From Trypanosoma brucei (taxonomy: Eukaryota), in assembly GCA_000002445.1 (NCBI GenBank), contig CH464491.1, forward strand, positions 2,496,001 through 2,560,000: a DNA stretch of 64,000 bases, in the 5' to 3' direction. Every line of letters starts with the position of its first letter. Positions within the stretch are counted from its first letter, which is position 1. Position numbers and translations under genes: made by a program. The notes under the pieces were generated by a model. That model saw only the letters and a program-made list of their open reading frames with translations. It was not told the DNA's origin and did no database searches. Shown here piece after piece: positions 27,143 through 37,379 of the stretch.

Positions 27143-29824
27143 TCAATCCCTGCTTCCTTCACTGCCTCGCCCACTGATATCCTCAGTTCCTGACCTTTTC
27201 ATCGCTTCACTGGCTTGGTCACTGCCAATCTCCTCAGCATCTACTTTTGCTGCTTCACTGGTTTGCTTACTCTCCGTGTCCTCGGTGTCTGGATCTTTTG
27301 CTGCTTCGCTTGTTCTCTCACTCGCACCTTCTGTACCAGACCTTTTCATCGCTTCACTGGCTTGGTCACTGCCAATCTCCTCAGCATCTACTTTTGCTGC
27401 TTCACTGGTTTGTTTACTCTCCGTGTCATCGTTGTCTGGATCTTTTGCTGCTTCGCTCGTTTTCTCATTCGCATCCTCTGTATCAGATGGCTTCCGCGCT
27501 TCACTTGTCCATTCACTGTCAATCTCCTCAGTGTCCGCCTCTTTTGCTGTTTCGCTTATCTGTTTACTGCCAATCTCCTCAGTCTCCGCCTCTTTTGCCG
27601 CACCACTCGCCTCGTTGCCTTCAATATCCCCGGTATCTGGATCTTTTGCTGCTTCACTGGCTTGTTTACTGCCAATCTCCTCAGCATCTTCTTCTTTTGC
27701 TGCTTCGCTCGTTTTCTCATTCGCATCCTCCGTATCAGATGGTTTCCCCGCCTCACATGACTGCTCGTCCCCAAACTGTTCATCGGCATATTCTTCATTG
27801 GCAACCTCCTGTGCGGCGCCTTCCTCATCCGCATTGGCACCTCCATCGGCAACAGCGTCCTCAGCAGCGACAGTGTCTTGCGCAATAGGAGGTTCTGTGA
27901 CTTGCCCCTCCTCAACCTCAACGTCACCTTCTCCACCAGCCCCATTCTCAACTGCAGAACGGGAGTGTTGGCTTGTGGAACCCTCGTGCAAACGCGAGGC
28001 GCTACCACCGGGGGCGCCCTCAGCGTGTTCACCCTTTGGAGCCTCAACACCACTGGTACTTCTCATACGCCCAACTGAAGAGGCGGAAGGAGGTGCCCCT
28101 GAGCCACCAAAGTTGTTTTGAGTTGCAACGGATGGCAGGGACAGCTCATGTCCCAGTCCGAGGGAACGTTCGTAGAGGGCAATTATGTCGGCTGAGGCGG
28201 ACAGTTTATCTTCATCTTCGCAGATTCGTTTAGCGTATGGTTCGAGTACTTGCCTGAATTGTTCATCCCCAACATTCTCAACAAACTCCAGCACAAGATG
28301 ATTATCTGACGCCTCTTTCACGTTGAATTTCGTGAACCACGGGGTTAAAACAGTGAACACTCCATTTTCGCCCGTTTCTTCAAGTTGGATCACGTTGGGA
28401 ATCCCACAAATCTCCACCTTAAAGGCAGCCTCCGTTTCTCCACTCGAAGAGAGTCGGCTGAGAGGCGGTAAAACAACTTGGCCTCCTTCCTTGGCGTTCT
28501 CGATCTGGTTCACTTGGCCGGCCTCATCACAACAATAATAAAACGGTTTAGCGTCAGTCACTTCTGACGTGCAGTGGCAGATGACTGTATATGCGAGTGT
28601 GGGGTAGTTTTTGAGTAGCGTACCCCCTGCCAACTCATCCGCCAATTCCTGCCGCACTCCAGTAAGTTCCTCAAGTTTGTCACCGTTGCATGATATCAGG
28701 AGTTGAGCCAGTTTAGCGTAAGCAATGCTTCCAGACGGATATTTCTCTGCCGCAGCGTGACACATAATGTGAATATTTTCCGCAGCGACGTTGCAACCGC
28801 TCAGATAAGCTTCCACAGTGGGTAAATCGGCGACAAGAGCCAGAGCGTCCTCCGCATCCTTCTCCGCCTCCTCACATGACATGAGAACGAACCGGCTGTT
28901 ACCCGAGCCATCCGGCTGTATTGCCAAGACTCGATGCCATATCTCCGGTTTCCATTCTGTACGGGCATCGCAGTGGGAACTGAGCACATTGACGAAGCTC
29001 CCAGTTAGTGCGGTGTCGTCTGCGGGCTGGTCCCCAGACGCCTTGCGTTTGCCGCTATCAGCGGGTGTTTCTTCGCTCTTGCTCAAGAAAGGGAAGACGT
29101 TGATAAAAGCCGTCTCTATCGCCTGACCGGCAGTCCACTTGTCGAGTGCACTGACGCTTACTTTATCACCATCAACACCGATAACCTCCGCAAGAGTACT
29201 CTCCTCTTTAGCAGAGAGAGGCCTGGCCGTCCCGACGTGCTCAAGTATGGCACGCATAAAGGACTCCCAGAAGACTTCAGACTCCCCTTCACCAAAGTAA
29301 CGCCCCCAAAAGTCAAGCAATGGCTTGCTTTCCGTGCACTCCTTGGCGGGTTTTTGGGAGCGGCACAGCTCAATAACGTAATTGATTATCTTGGGTGTGT
29401 TAATGCCCTCTATAGAGGTACGTTTCCTGCCTTCTTTAAAAAATACAAAGTAAGACTTCGATTTTCCGCGCCGGCTCTCAAGGATATCCTTCCAGAACGG
29501 TGCCAAGGATTCTCGAAACTTTACCTTGTCATCTGTTTTCATGTGCTGATGGTGCTCCTCTGTCTGGTCAATGCTCTCGAGAATGGAGTTGCACTCCACG
29601 GAGAGAAAACGAAGATACGCCTGATCAGAAGCGTCCATTTGCAAGCGCCTAAAGGTCTCAGACAGCGCCTTGCTAAGTCCCCACTCGGAACTGTACACAT
29701 CTAGTACCGCCACCCCATGTTGCTCATGTATAAGCCGAAGCTCCTGCTCCAGTTTCACGGCATTTGTGATGTCCTGTACAATTTCTGTGCGGTTTTGCTG
29801 TTGCATTACCACGCAGTAAAACAA
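27143..29824 (-). CDS. Acidic tandem-repeat protein (candidate repetitive antigen) with a non-repetitive, possibly thioredoxin-fold-like, N-terminal region
   Basis: The C-terminal ~250 aa is built from ~16-17-aa units 'SEAAKxxDTEEIGSKQT'. These are organised into two near-identical 49-aa higher-order copies 'EAAKDPDTEDTESKQTSEAAKVDAEEIGSDQASEAMKRSGTE...'. The N-terminal part is unique: 'VLDVYSSEWGLSKAL' is weakly thioredoxin-like and lacks CxxC. Confidence 0.8.
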   Translation of the reverse strand: MFYCVVMQQQNRTEIVQDITNAVKLEQELRLIHEQHGVAVLDVYSSEWGLSKALSETFRRLQMDASDQAYLRFLSVECNSILESIDQTEEHHQHMKTDDKVKFRESLAPFWKDILESRRGKSKSYFVFFKEGRKRTSIEGINTPKIINYVIELCRSQKPAKECTESKPLLDFWGRYFGEGESEVFWESFMRAILEHVGTARPLSAKEESTLAEVIGVDGDKVSVSALDKWTAGQAIETAFINVFPFLSKSEETPADSGKRKASGDQPADDTALTGSFVNVLSSHCDARTEWKPEIWHRVLAIQPDGSGNSRFVLMSCEEAEKDAEDALALVADLPTVEAYLSGCNVAAENIHIMCHAAAEKYPSGSIAYAKLAQLLISCNGDKLEELTGVRQELADELAGGTLLKNYPTLAYTVICHCTSEVTDAKPFYYCCDEAGQVNQIENAKEGGQVVLPPLSRLSSSGETEAAFKVEICGIPNVIQLEETGENGVFTVLTPWFTKFNVKEASDNHLVLEFVENVGDEQFRQVLEPYAKRICEDEDKLSASADIIALYERSLGLGHELSLPSVATQNNFGGSGAPPSASSVGRMRSTSGVEAPKGEHAEGAPGGSASRLHEGSTSQHSRSAVENGAGGEGDVEVEEGQVTEPPIAQDTVAAEDAVADGGANADEEGAAQEVANEEYADEQFGDEQSCEAGKPSDTEDANEKTSEAAKEEDAEEIGSKQASEAAKDPDTGDIEGNEASGAAKEAETEEIGSKQISETAKEADTEEIDSEWTSEARKPSDTEDANEKTSEAAKDPDNDDTESKQTSEAAKVDAEEIGSDQASEAMKRSGTEGASERTSEAAKDPDTEDTESKQTSEAAKVDAEEIGSDQASEAMKRSGTEDISGRGSEGSRD
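27150..27780. repeat. Coding tandem repeat: ~48-51-bp units with two near-identical 147-bp higher-order copies
   Basis: The 74-nt string 'gaccttttcatcgcttcactggcttggtcactgccaatctcctcagcatctacttttgctgcttcactggtttg' occurs at 27192 and 27339, an exact 147-bp offset. Related ~50-bp subunits ('tgccaatctcctcag...cttttgctgcttc...') recur about 12 times. Confidence 0.9.
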
Positions 29825-29959
29825 GACACTTATAAGTCAACTGCAGTAAACCTTCTAAGCACTGCACCGTGGAGGGATGTGCGTCGAAGAATTGCGGGGG
29901 AAACGGTAGGAAAGAGATAGTCGAAAGGGGTTGCGGAACATGATAAGCACAGAAAGAAT

Positions 29960-30010
29960 ACTGAAATCGGCATTTTTTTGTCAGAGGGGAAAGGAAAAAG
30001 AAAAAGAAAA
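29960..30010 (-). promoter_or_regulatory. Polypyrimidine tract (minus strand) upstream of the repeat-protein gene; candidate SL trans-splice signal
   Basis: The plus strand reads 'gggaaaggaaaaagaaaaagaaaatttccctccc', so the minus strand is a CT-rich tract ~150 nt upstream of the ATG at 29824. Confidence 0.4.
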
Positions 30011-30298
30011 TTTCCCTCCCAGACACATGGAAGATAACTAAATAATACTGATAACAACGAGACACACAACGCACAGTAATCACCAGCGTTTTTCTTCCTT
30101 CCCTTGGCATGGTTCGGTTCCACCCCACATAGATTTCGCATTCAATAAAAGAAAAAAAGAAAACATCATCAATCTTTCCCCCTCGGGGGGGGGGAGAGGG
30201 AATGATTGTTTCAAATTCCCCCGCTCCATCCTCACTACAGGGCTACATGCAAGCAAGGTCAACAGTTCACAAACAAACAGACAAAGGAAGGGATCTTT

Positions 30299-30835
30299 TC
30301 AGATGCGGGTCCCACAATTCCAACAGAACTGCGCCGTTGGCCGTCTCTGCTCTACTCCACAGTTTGAACATGCCTTCAGCAGTTCCTGCGCATGGGAGGC
30401 GTCCAGTGGGGGGAGCCGCGACGGCACGCAATTTCTAACGCCCCCGTCACGGCCGTGAGGACACGCGCCGACGGACGCGTTCGCAGGACTGTGAGGAGGC
30501 GAAACACTAACAATCCCTCCTAGCACAGCCCCTTCAGATGCAACGGGGTTTGTGCAACGTAACTTCCCCTTATTATTCGCATGCAGAAGGCGCAAGGATG
30601 GATGTTTACTTTGGGGAGAGGGGAGCTGCAAAGGTTCTTGCGTATTCGCTCCCTGCCGCTGAGCCGCTCCACTCGTGCTGCGCACCCGCGGGGGAGAAGC
30701 GACTGCGTCGCTGGAGTTGCGGCGCTTCGAGGAATGTGTCGCGGGACAAGTAGCTTGAACGTCTTCCCAAATCACTTGCAGCTCCTCCAGTTTCAGTTCC
30801 AACTGGGACAGCTCTACCTTCTCCTCCCCTTCCAT
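30299..30835 (-). CDS. Hypothetical protein with an N-terminal coiled-coil and a C-terminal CxxC...CxxC zinc-ribbon
   Basis: 'MEGEEKVELSQLELKLEELQ' at the N-terminus and 'CSNCGVEQRRPTAQFCWNCGTRI' at the C-terminus. Confidence 0.5.
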   Translation of the reverse strand: MEGEEKVELSQLELKLEELQVIWEDVQATCPATHSSKRRNSSDAVASPPRVRSTSGAAQRQGANTQEPLQLPSPQSKHPSLRLLHANNKGKLRCTNPVASEGAVLGGIVSVSPPHSPANASVGACPHGRDGGVRNCVPSRLPPLDASHAQELLKACSNCGVEQRRPTAQFCWNCGTRI

Positions 30836-31501
30836 ACTGAAATTTTTCGATTAGTCAGTATACGCGCATATTCGTGTGACGAACGGCAAGGTGTTGAGAG
30901 AATGAAATAGGGGAGAGAGTACGTAGATGTATGCATTTACAAATAAATAAATACATATATATGTATATATATATATATGTGTGTATCAGTGTAAAGGTGA
31001 AAATGAACAAACAAAAAGTGTGGACACGAAAATCGGAGATGAACGACGCCCTCCATCCCGCCCTCGGGGTGCCTGTCCATCACTTGGTAACACGGCAAAA
31101 AGGGAAGAAGCAAATTTCTTTTATCTCCCATATCACATCCCCCACACCGTCAGTGTATGTGTTTCTCCTTCAAGCATTTCCGTTCCTTCCTATACGCATG
31201 TGTGCACACCCGCGCACGTGTGCCGTGACACATCTGGCCAACTTGTCTTATGCCCCTTGCGGTAAAATACGGAAGAAGGAGCTTCGCCCCCTCTTCGCCT
31301 CTTCACCTCCGCCCAGCCGTCAATGTTATACCCTCTGGAGGCAGCGACGCCGACACGGCACCACGGCCGCCACAGCATTACAGAACAACAGCAACAAAAC
31401 ATACAAACAGAAAGAAGAATGAGGGGGAAGAAAAAGAGAGAGAACAGTAATGTCCATTTAGAAAAAATGGCGTCGTTTTTTCTTGCTCTTTTTCATTTCC
31501 T

Positions 31502-32152
31502 TCAGATAGATGACTCTGGATTGAAGAGGTAGTATCGTATCGTGGGAAGCTGATCATTGACGCAGTTCCTCATTCTGCTGGACAGCGTCCAGTTGCACAC
31601 GATGTGGCCGTCGTGGGACTTAACGACGACGCCGCCCAGTGCCTCCTCTGCGTTAAGATATTCTTTACCCATACGGATGCTCACTCGTGTTCCCACTGTT
31701 TTGAGGTACCACTGCTCGAGTTCACTGAGCATGCCGGTAACAATTGGCTCATCATTCTTGCAAGTGTAAACGATGGCGTCCGTGCGCACGGCAGAGAGAG
31801 CTTCATGCAGGATGGAGACTAGGAGCTTTTTGTAGCTGTCAGTGTTCTTCACAAAAGCCATCAGCTTCGTCTTGATATTCTCCTTTAGTTGTTCCACAAT
31901 ATTAGACTGGGCCTCCATGATGCGCAGCCGTTGTGCCTTGGAGAAGTTCGCCCGCGCCACGCGCCGACCGACATCCACCTGTTTTAACTTTTGCTCATTA
32001 TTGGCACGCACCTTCACTTTCTCCGCCTCCACTAGGCGCATTTTCTCCACGTCATATTCTTCTTGAGCAGCTGAGTTGAGCTCATCCGCCTTTTCCTGCG
32101 CTTCGCGCTCAATAAAGTCAATCATACTCTGAATCTGGCGTGCCTCGCTCAT
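31502..32152 (-). CDS. V-type proton ATPase subunit E
   Basis: 'MSEARQIQSMIDFIEREAQEKADELNSAAQEEYDVEKMRLVEAEKVKV...' is the canonical V-ATPase E N-terminus. Length 216 aa. Confidence 0.9.
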   Translation of the reverse strand: MSEARQIQSMIDFIEREAQEKADELNSAAQEEYDVEKMRLVEAEKVKVRANNEQKLKQVDVGRRVARANFSKAQRLRIMEAQSNIVEQLKENIKTKLMAFVKNTDSYKKLLVSILHEALSAVRTDAIVYTCKNDEPIVTGMLSELEQWYLKTVGTRVSIRMGKEYLNAEEALGGVVVKSHDGHIVCNWTLSSRMRNCVNDQLPTIRYYLFNPESSI

Positions 32153-32660
32153 CTTGGATTCTTCTTTTTATTTTGCTTTATTTCGACTCTTCAGACACTT
32201 TCTATATCAAGTTTTGGCCGGGTGAAATCTGCTAAACTTCGGCTGTCTTTTCCTTCGAATGATTGGCAAGTTGTTATTTTACCCGGGAGGAACGCGTGCG
32301 CTAGCAAGGGACGAGTGCAAACCTATCGCGAGGGGGTGAAGGAAAAGGTTCACAGGAAAAAAAAAGGACGCGTAAAGGTGACAAAACACTGCCATCTGAA
32401 AGAAAAATGTGTGACCGCATGCGCGTCTATTTGTCAATAACATGCGGCCCCAACCAAAGCAGCATCGTTAGGGGTCACCGCAAGTTGGATTAAGCTGTGT
32501 TACCTTAACAATGATTACGAGAACTGATAGAAGGGAATGAAAAACGAACATAAGAATATGTGAATAAACAGCGGAGGAACCAGACGAAAAAGGGAAACGG
32601 TAAAAGAAGAAAAACCCGTCACCACAACTCTCGTTGGGGTAGGCACCTCAGTTACCACAG

Positions 32661-33017
32661 TTAGTTCCACATTTGTTCTGCAACCCTGTACGCTTCCCAC
32701 AGAAACATTACCACAAGAGGCATATTTACGGGGATGAGGTGACGCCTCCATAACCTAAATCGCCAGTAGTGTGCCGCCACCAGTGCGGCATAGACAGACC
32801 AAACACTAAACGCGATGAACAAGCTGAGAGATGGGACGCGGAAGAACGGTAAAGCGGCGGTGGCAACTACTGCTCCCAGTATGACGAAGCAATTACGAAA
32901 TGTAGTGAACCAATGAATCCCCTCACCCGAGGAAAAGAAGACGTAAAAACACATGCAACAGCTAATAATGCCATAGGGCCAAAGAAAGATGAGTGCAATG
33001 TTCTGCAGAATGTCCAT
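32661..33017 (-). CDS. Candidate small membrane protein (118 aa, ~3 predicted TM helices), hypothetical
   Basis: It sits on the coding strand of the minus-strand unit. Hydrophobic stretches include 'IALIFLWPYGIISCCMCFYVFF', 'FVILGAVVATAALPFF' and 'LSLFIAFSVWSVYAALVAA'. No homology recognised. Confidence 0.3.
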   Translation of the reverse strand: MDILQNIALIFLWPYGIISCCMCFYVFFSSGEGIHWFTTFRNCFVILGAVVATAALPFFRVPSLSLFIAFSVWSVYAALVAAHYWRFRLWRRHLIPVNMPLVVMFLWEAYRVAEQMWN

Positions 33018-33549
33018 CGGCCCCGCTTCTTCTTGTGCTTATTCCTTCAGTCCCTGTCTTGCGCCTATGGGCTCGTCCTTAACTTGCACGGGGGCGTGTC
33101 CAGCAAATGCGGAAATGAAGCGAACTGTCGTCGGTGGGAAGAGTGGAGCAGGAGGTGCAAAAGATATGAGCAAGTTTACCACAAAACGAATGTCGAGAAA
33201 TAAGAACCACCTACCAAAAACACATGTATTACTCAGTCACACACATATGCGGCCGGCCGTGAAGCAAGGTTATTAACCACACATGCGCACTGCATCAGGC
33301 GGTTACACCGAACGCAGCCCAGACGAGTCATCCCAACAAATGAAAGAAACGTACCCACTAGGCTCCAGCGCACAACACACCGACAGCGGGAGCGCATGCG
33401 TCAAAGTCACCTCCCAAGACACCCCAACACAAGCCACAAAAAGGAGCGGTTGCATTCATTGAAACACCTAACGCGTTCCCTCTTTTTTGTTGATCATTGA
33501 AGAATTTAGAGGAAAGACTCGAAGGACACCATTGGCAGAATACACTCTG

Positions 33550-34686
33550 CTACTTGGCAGGCGTAGCTCCCCCATGCTCAGCGTCTATTTCGTCAAGGAA
33601 CTTTGTTGTCCGATCCAAACAACTGCGTTGCAGCACATTGTTACTAGCAACCTTTTTCAATCCCTCCAGTTTTGAGCGCAGCGCCTTACGGTGCTTTGTG
33701 TCGCCTCCCCAGAACTTTTTCAACACCTCAAGAACGTCCCTGCTTGTGCTTTTGGGTAACTCCCGCGAAACAGAAGGCGGACACTGCACCCCCGCATATG
33801 CCTGACAGGGCTGCACAGTGCATTGCCAGCGTCTGGAAGAACTTGCAGACGACGGACGCCCACGGAAAAAATGTGCATGAGGCGGCTGACGTTGTTCACA
33901 AGGTGCTTCCCCCACAGGGACCGTGTTGTGACGGAGGTGTGAACTGAACTTTGGCAGTGCCCGTTCTGATGCTACGTTGATGTTCTGTAATGCATCTTCC
34001 TCACTGTTGGATCCCGGTTCAGTCGCACCACTACACCCTTCATCATCAAGCGCCCGTATCTCTTCCTCCAAGAATGTCCGAGAAAAGCAAAAATACTTTC
34101 TTACAACGGCCTCCCAAAAGCGCACCATCGTCTCCTCATCGGTCACATGCCGGCCAAAAATCTTGGCAAGGACAGGTATTTGGCGGAATATGTCGTTGGT
34201 GAGTTGCTCCGTAATGGGGCGGAGCTTGAAGGTTACGGGGTCGACAAGTGAGCCAATTGCATCGAAGGCAGTGACAACACCTCGTGGGCACTCCTCCTTC
34301 ATTATAAGGTCCAAATCTTCTTCAGACAAAACACCTGTGTCGACAGCGGCGTCACAAATGGCAGATGTCACCCATTGCACATTGCTACCCTCGGTCCCAT
34401 CCACAAGCCGCACATTCTTGACAAACTGCTCTCGCTCCCGTGCGTTTACGAACCGCATGACAAAAGTCCTTGAACCCACAATAACCTTGGCTGCGCAACT
34501 ATCCCTCCGAGAGCGCAGGAGCTGCGTAATTTCGGTTATCGTGAAGACATCAGGTTCAGCCTCCCTATTTTCGTCGTCTTTGGGCGTGCACGTCACCACA
34601 GAACCATGGAATTCGATCACGCATTGTCTACCATTACACAAAACCTCCATATCAATGCACAAGCTTCGCGGTATACAAAACCTCAA
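33550..34686 (-). CDS. Hypothetical protein with an N-terminal PH-like region and two BSD-like (FW-motif) segments; possibly TFIIH p62/Tfb1-like
   Basis: The N-terminal ~100 aa looks PH-like: 'VLCNGRQCVIEFHGSVVTCTPKD...AKVIVGSRTFVMRFVNAREREQFVKNV'. Two Phe-Trp motifs sit in helical contexts: 'ETMVRFWEAVVRKYF' and 'LEVLKKFWGGDTKHRKAL'. These are reminiscent of BSD domains. Confidence 0.5.
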   Translation of the reverse strand: MRFCIPRSLCIDMEVLCNGRQCVIEFHGSVVTCTPKDDENREAEPDVFTITEITQLLRSRRDSCAAKVIVGSRTFVMRFVNAREREQFVKNVRLVDGTEGSNVQWVTSAICDAAVDTGVLSEEDLDLIMKEECPRGVVTAFDAIGSLVDPVTFKLRPITEQLTNDIFRQIPVLAKIFGRHVTDEETMVRFWEAVVRKYFCFSRTFLEEEIRALDDEGCSGATEPGSNSEEDALQNINVASERALPKFSSHLRHNTVPVGEAPCEQRQPPHAHFFRGRPSSASSSRRWQCTVQPCQAYAGVQCPPSVSRELPKSTSRDVLEVLKKFWGGDTKHRKALRSKLEGLKKVASNNVLQRSCLDRTTKFLDEIDAEHGGATPAK

Positions 34687-35270
34687 CTTTTGTCTTACTT
34701 TGCCTTTTACACAAGTGCCGCCTCAGGTGGCTGACACCAGCGCCTGAGGCAATAGCCAAACCGCAGCATGAGGGGAAGAAGAGAAGAGAAAAATAAAGGA
34801 AGGAGAGGGACGATAACGTGGCGCGCAGAAGAGATATTGAAAGGTGCGCACAGCTAAGTTAGTTGTATACATAGACATAGGAACTCTGAAGGAAGACTGA
34901 AGTAGGAGGTGACGGATAAAGTCAACCCCGAACTCATTGTCAAGCACATCTACCTCCTTATCCTAAACGGACGTAGGGAGAAAGTAAGAATGAGCAACCC
35001 GGAAAACAAGGTAGCGCGTGCCGCACGGCCACAGAAATCATCACAAGTATTACCTCTTCACTACCACTGGCACCACGGTTTATTTGCTCTTCTTCGTTTG
35101 TTACGGAGCAACGCCCCAGAAAATAAATGAAAGAGAAGTGGCAGATAGGTGAGGCGAAGATTCTACACGTACATTATTCGCCAAACACCTCCGCCCCCCA
35201 CCCCTTCCCCTCGGGTATCAGCCCAGAGACAAAATGAAATTGTTGCGTGACGAAAGAAGAAAAGATAAAT

Positions 35271-36929
35271 TTACATATTTAATCTAATGTCCTTGATGTC
35301 TTTCACTCCACACTGTGTGAGAAACCGTCGGACGCTCGACAAATCTTTGATATTCAACACCGAGGAGTCTGGGAGATATATAATGCTGCTTGTATTGTCT
35401 GACCGAAACACGGTTACAGAACGACAGGGCTTCATACTTTTGTACGCGTCCGTCTCGGGAATTTTCCAGCACCGTTTCAACATCTTGAAGAAACGTTCGT
35501 CGCTCTCGATTGCCGGGGATACGTCGGTGTAGTATGCGACAAACATATCAGTTGTTACAGACGAGGTACTGTTCATGTTCGGCCAGCAGTTAATAAAGTC
35601 AAAAATAATCTCTTCCCGACTGGCAATGCCCTCCTCTACATCGGGGTGAAAACAGGCGTTAAACACGAAGAGGTTCAACATGTCTTTGTAGTCGACAGAC
35701 CCTCCTCCCTCAATAACAAGCTGCTGGAAGGCCGATATAACACCTTGCAACCGGCTCTGCGGCAACTCGCAGCGAAGCTCCCGAAGGAATTCCTGCGCAA
35801 CAACAAAACCATTGCCAACACGGTCCAATTTCTTGAAGATAACATCAAGTTCGCCCGGGTGAATGGTAACTCCCATGAGGCTAATGCCATGGAAAATATC
35901 TTGGCGCCGGACTGGAGTCACGCACTGCTCGTTGCAGGCAACACCCAACACCTTTGATAGCAACCTAAACCCCAAACGACCACCAAAGTACAACACACCC
36001 TCCCGGATGAGGGAAATGATCGCGGACAAGTCCACTTCGTAGCTCTCTGACAAAACTCCCACATTACCGCGTCCGGTGAGGTTTCGCAGCGATGATACCG
36101 ACATGGTGTTGGTCACACCGTAGTTGGCTGCGACAACAACAAAAAGATTTGTGGGCTCGGTTGTTACGGCAGCCACAGACCTTGAGTGGTTGTCACCGGC
36201 AAAAGAGCAGTCCATCCCATACTCAAATCCGAAGGACGTCCTTTGCAGTTTTTTAATGCACCGCAGCGGTTGGTTCGTTGCTGCATGGTAAAGAACGAAC
36301 CGATCACCAACGCGTACGGGGGCACCATAGCGGATGTCATCGCGTTTCTCACCCGGTTTCGCAACAACAAATATGTTGTCTTTGCTCGTTCCCAATGACG
36401 CTACTGCGAGCTGAGCGCCTGACTGGCCTACATCACGAATACTTGAGTGAAGATATAAAAACCCTTCAGAATGAGCGGCTTCATTCGCGATACGTATGTG
36501 CTGACCGTAATGCAGCACATTCTCCTCCTTTAGCTGCTTCGTGTAGCCGACATTGTTCTCATCTTCCGCCCGCATCAAGACCCATTCAACTCGCTGTCGA
36601 GGCGCGGTATTGCCGGTAGCGGTAAGCAAAAATTGGTGAGGCAGCCGCTGTGGATGTGTCCACGCCGTGTCTACAGCCAATACCGCCTCCGTTGCGACGT
36701 TAAGCAGACGTAATGGCTTCCCAAGCATGATCACGTCTCCCATTGTCATCGAATGTGTATCAGCATCCACACAAGACTCCTCTAAACGTTGTGAACCAAG
36801 GATGTCAGCATCATGACCCATTTTACTTCTGTAGGATTTTATTTTGTCCTCGGCTACCCGCATGTCCTCATACCAGTTACCCACAAGCACTCCTGGGGAG
36901 TACCGCATCGGGTTCTTTAATTCGTTCAT
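35271..36929 (-). CDS. Hypothetical protein with MIR-like (beta-trefoil) repeats and a C-terminal EF-hand-like motif
   Basis: MIR-like segments include 'GDVIMLGKPLRLLNVATEAVLAVDT', 'VLHYGQHIRIANEAAHSEGFLYLHSS' and 'PVRVGDRFVLYHAATNQPLRC'. An EF-hand-like segment reads 'FKKLDRVGNGFVVAQEFLREL'. The ORF-track start at 37112 translates a pyrimidine-rich UTR. The ATG at 36929 (MNELKNPMRY) is the preferred start. Confidence 0.6.
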   Translation of the reverse strand: MNELKNPMRYSPGVLVGNWYEDMRVAEDKIKSYRSKMGHDADILGSQRLEESCVDADTHSMTMGDVIMLGKPLRLLNVATEAVLAVDTAWTHPQRLPHQFLLTATGNTAPRQRVEWVLMRAEDENNVGYTKQLKEENVLHYGQHIRIANEAAHSEGFLYLHSSIRDVGQSGAQLAVASLGTSKDNIFVVAKPGEKRDDIRYGAPVRVGDRFVLYHAATNQPLRCIKKLQRTSFGFEYGMDCSFAGDNHSRSVAAVTTEPTNLFVVVAANYGVTNTMSVSSLRNLTGRGNVGVLSESYEVDLSAIISLIREGVLYFGGRLGFRLLSKVLGVACNEQCVTPVRRQDIFHGISLMGVTIHPGELDVIFKKLDRVGNGFVVAQEFLRELRCELPQSRLQGVISAFQQLVIEGGGSVDYKDMLNLFVFNACFHPDVEEGIASREEIIFDFINCWPNMNSTSSVTTDMFVAYYTDVSPAIESDERFFKMLKRCWKIPETDAYKSMKPCRSVTVFRSDNTSSIIYLPDSSVLNIKDLSSVRRFLTQCGVKDIKDIRLNM

Positions 36930-37379
36930 GGTGCTCTTGGGGGTAATGATATCAAAGAGACCCGCTAAAGGGAAGGAACAAGCAATGGCCCGTAGACGGT
37001 GCAAAAAATATATATATATAGAAATAGATGGCGCGGAAACGCAGCGAAGGAGGAATAAGTTGAGTGAGGAAAGAAGTGATAAGAGGGAAAAAGTATTGCT
37101 GCACTTGAGCACAAGTACCAGCTGCTGGGGCGAGTATCACAAGAAAATTCACAACGAAAGAAGTAGAGGAACAAGTCCAGATGAAGTAGCACACAAACGC
37201 CTTCGCTTTTGCCTTTCGCTCTTTTCTCTTTCTTTCCCTTAGAGGGGTGGGAGAAAAGCATAGACTCATCCCTCTTCCTTTTATTAGAGCATCTGTATGT
37301 GTGTTCCCCCGACGATCTTCACTGCGAGAAAAAAATATATTATCTCAATTACTCAACTGTTGCACACAAACCGCGATAA

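Noticed and set aside
27138-28121. 327-aa plus-strand ORF (SASTFAASLVCLLSVSS... repeats)
   Set aside because: It is the antisense reading of the minus-strand acidic tandem-repeat gene. Repeats keep frames open on both strands. The plus-strand product is Ser/Leu low-complexity.
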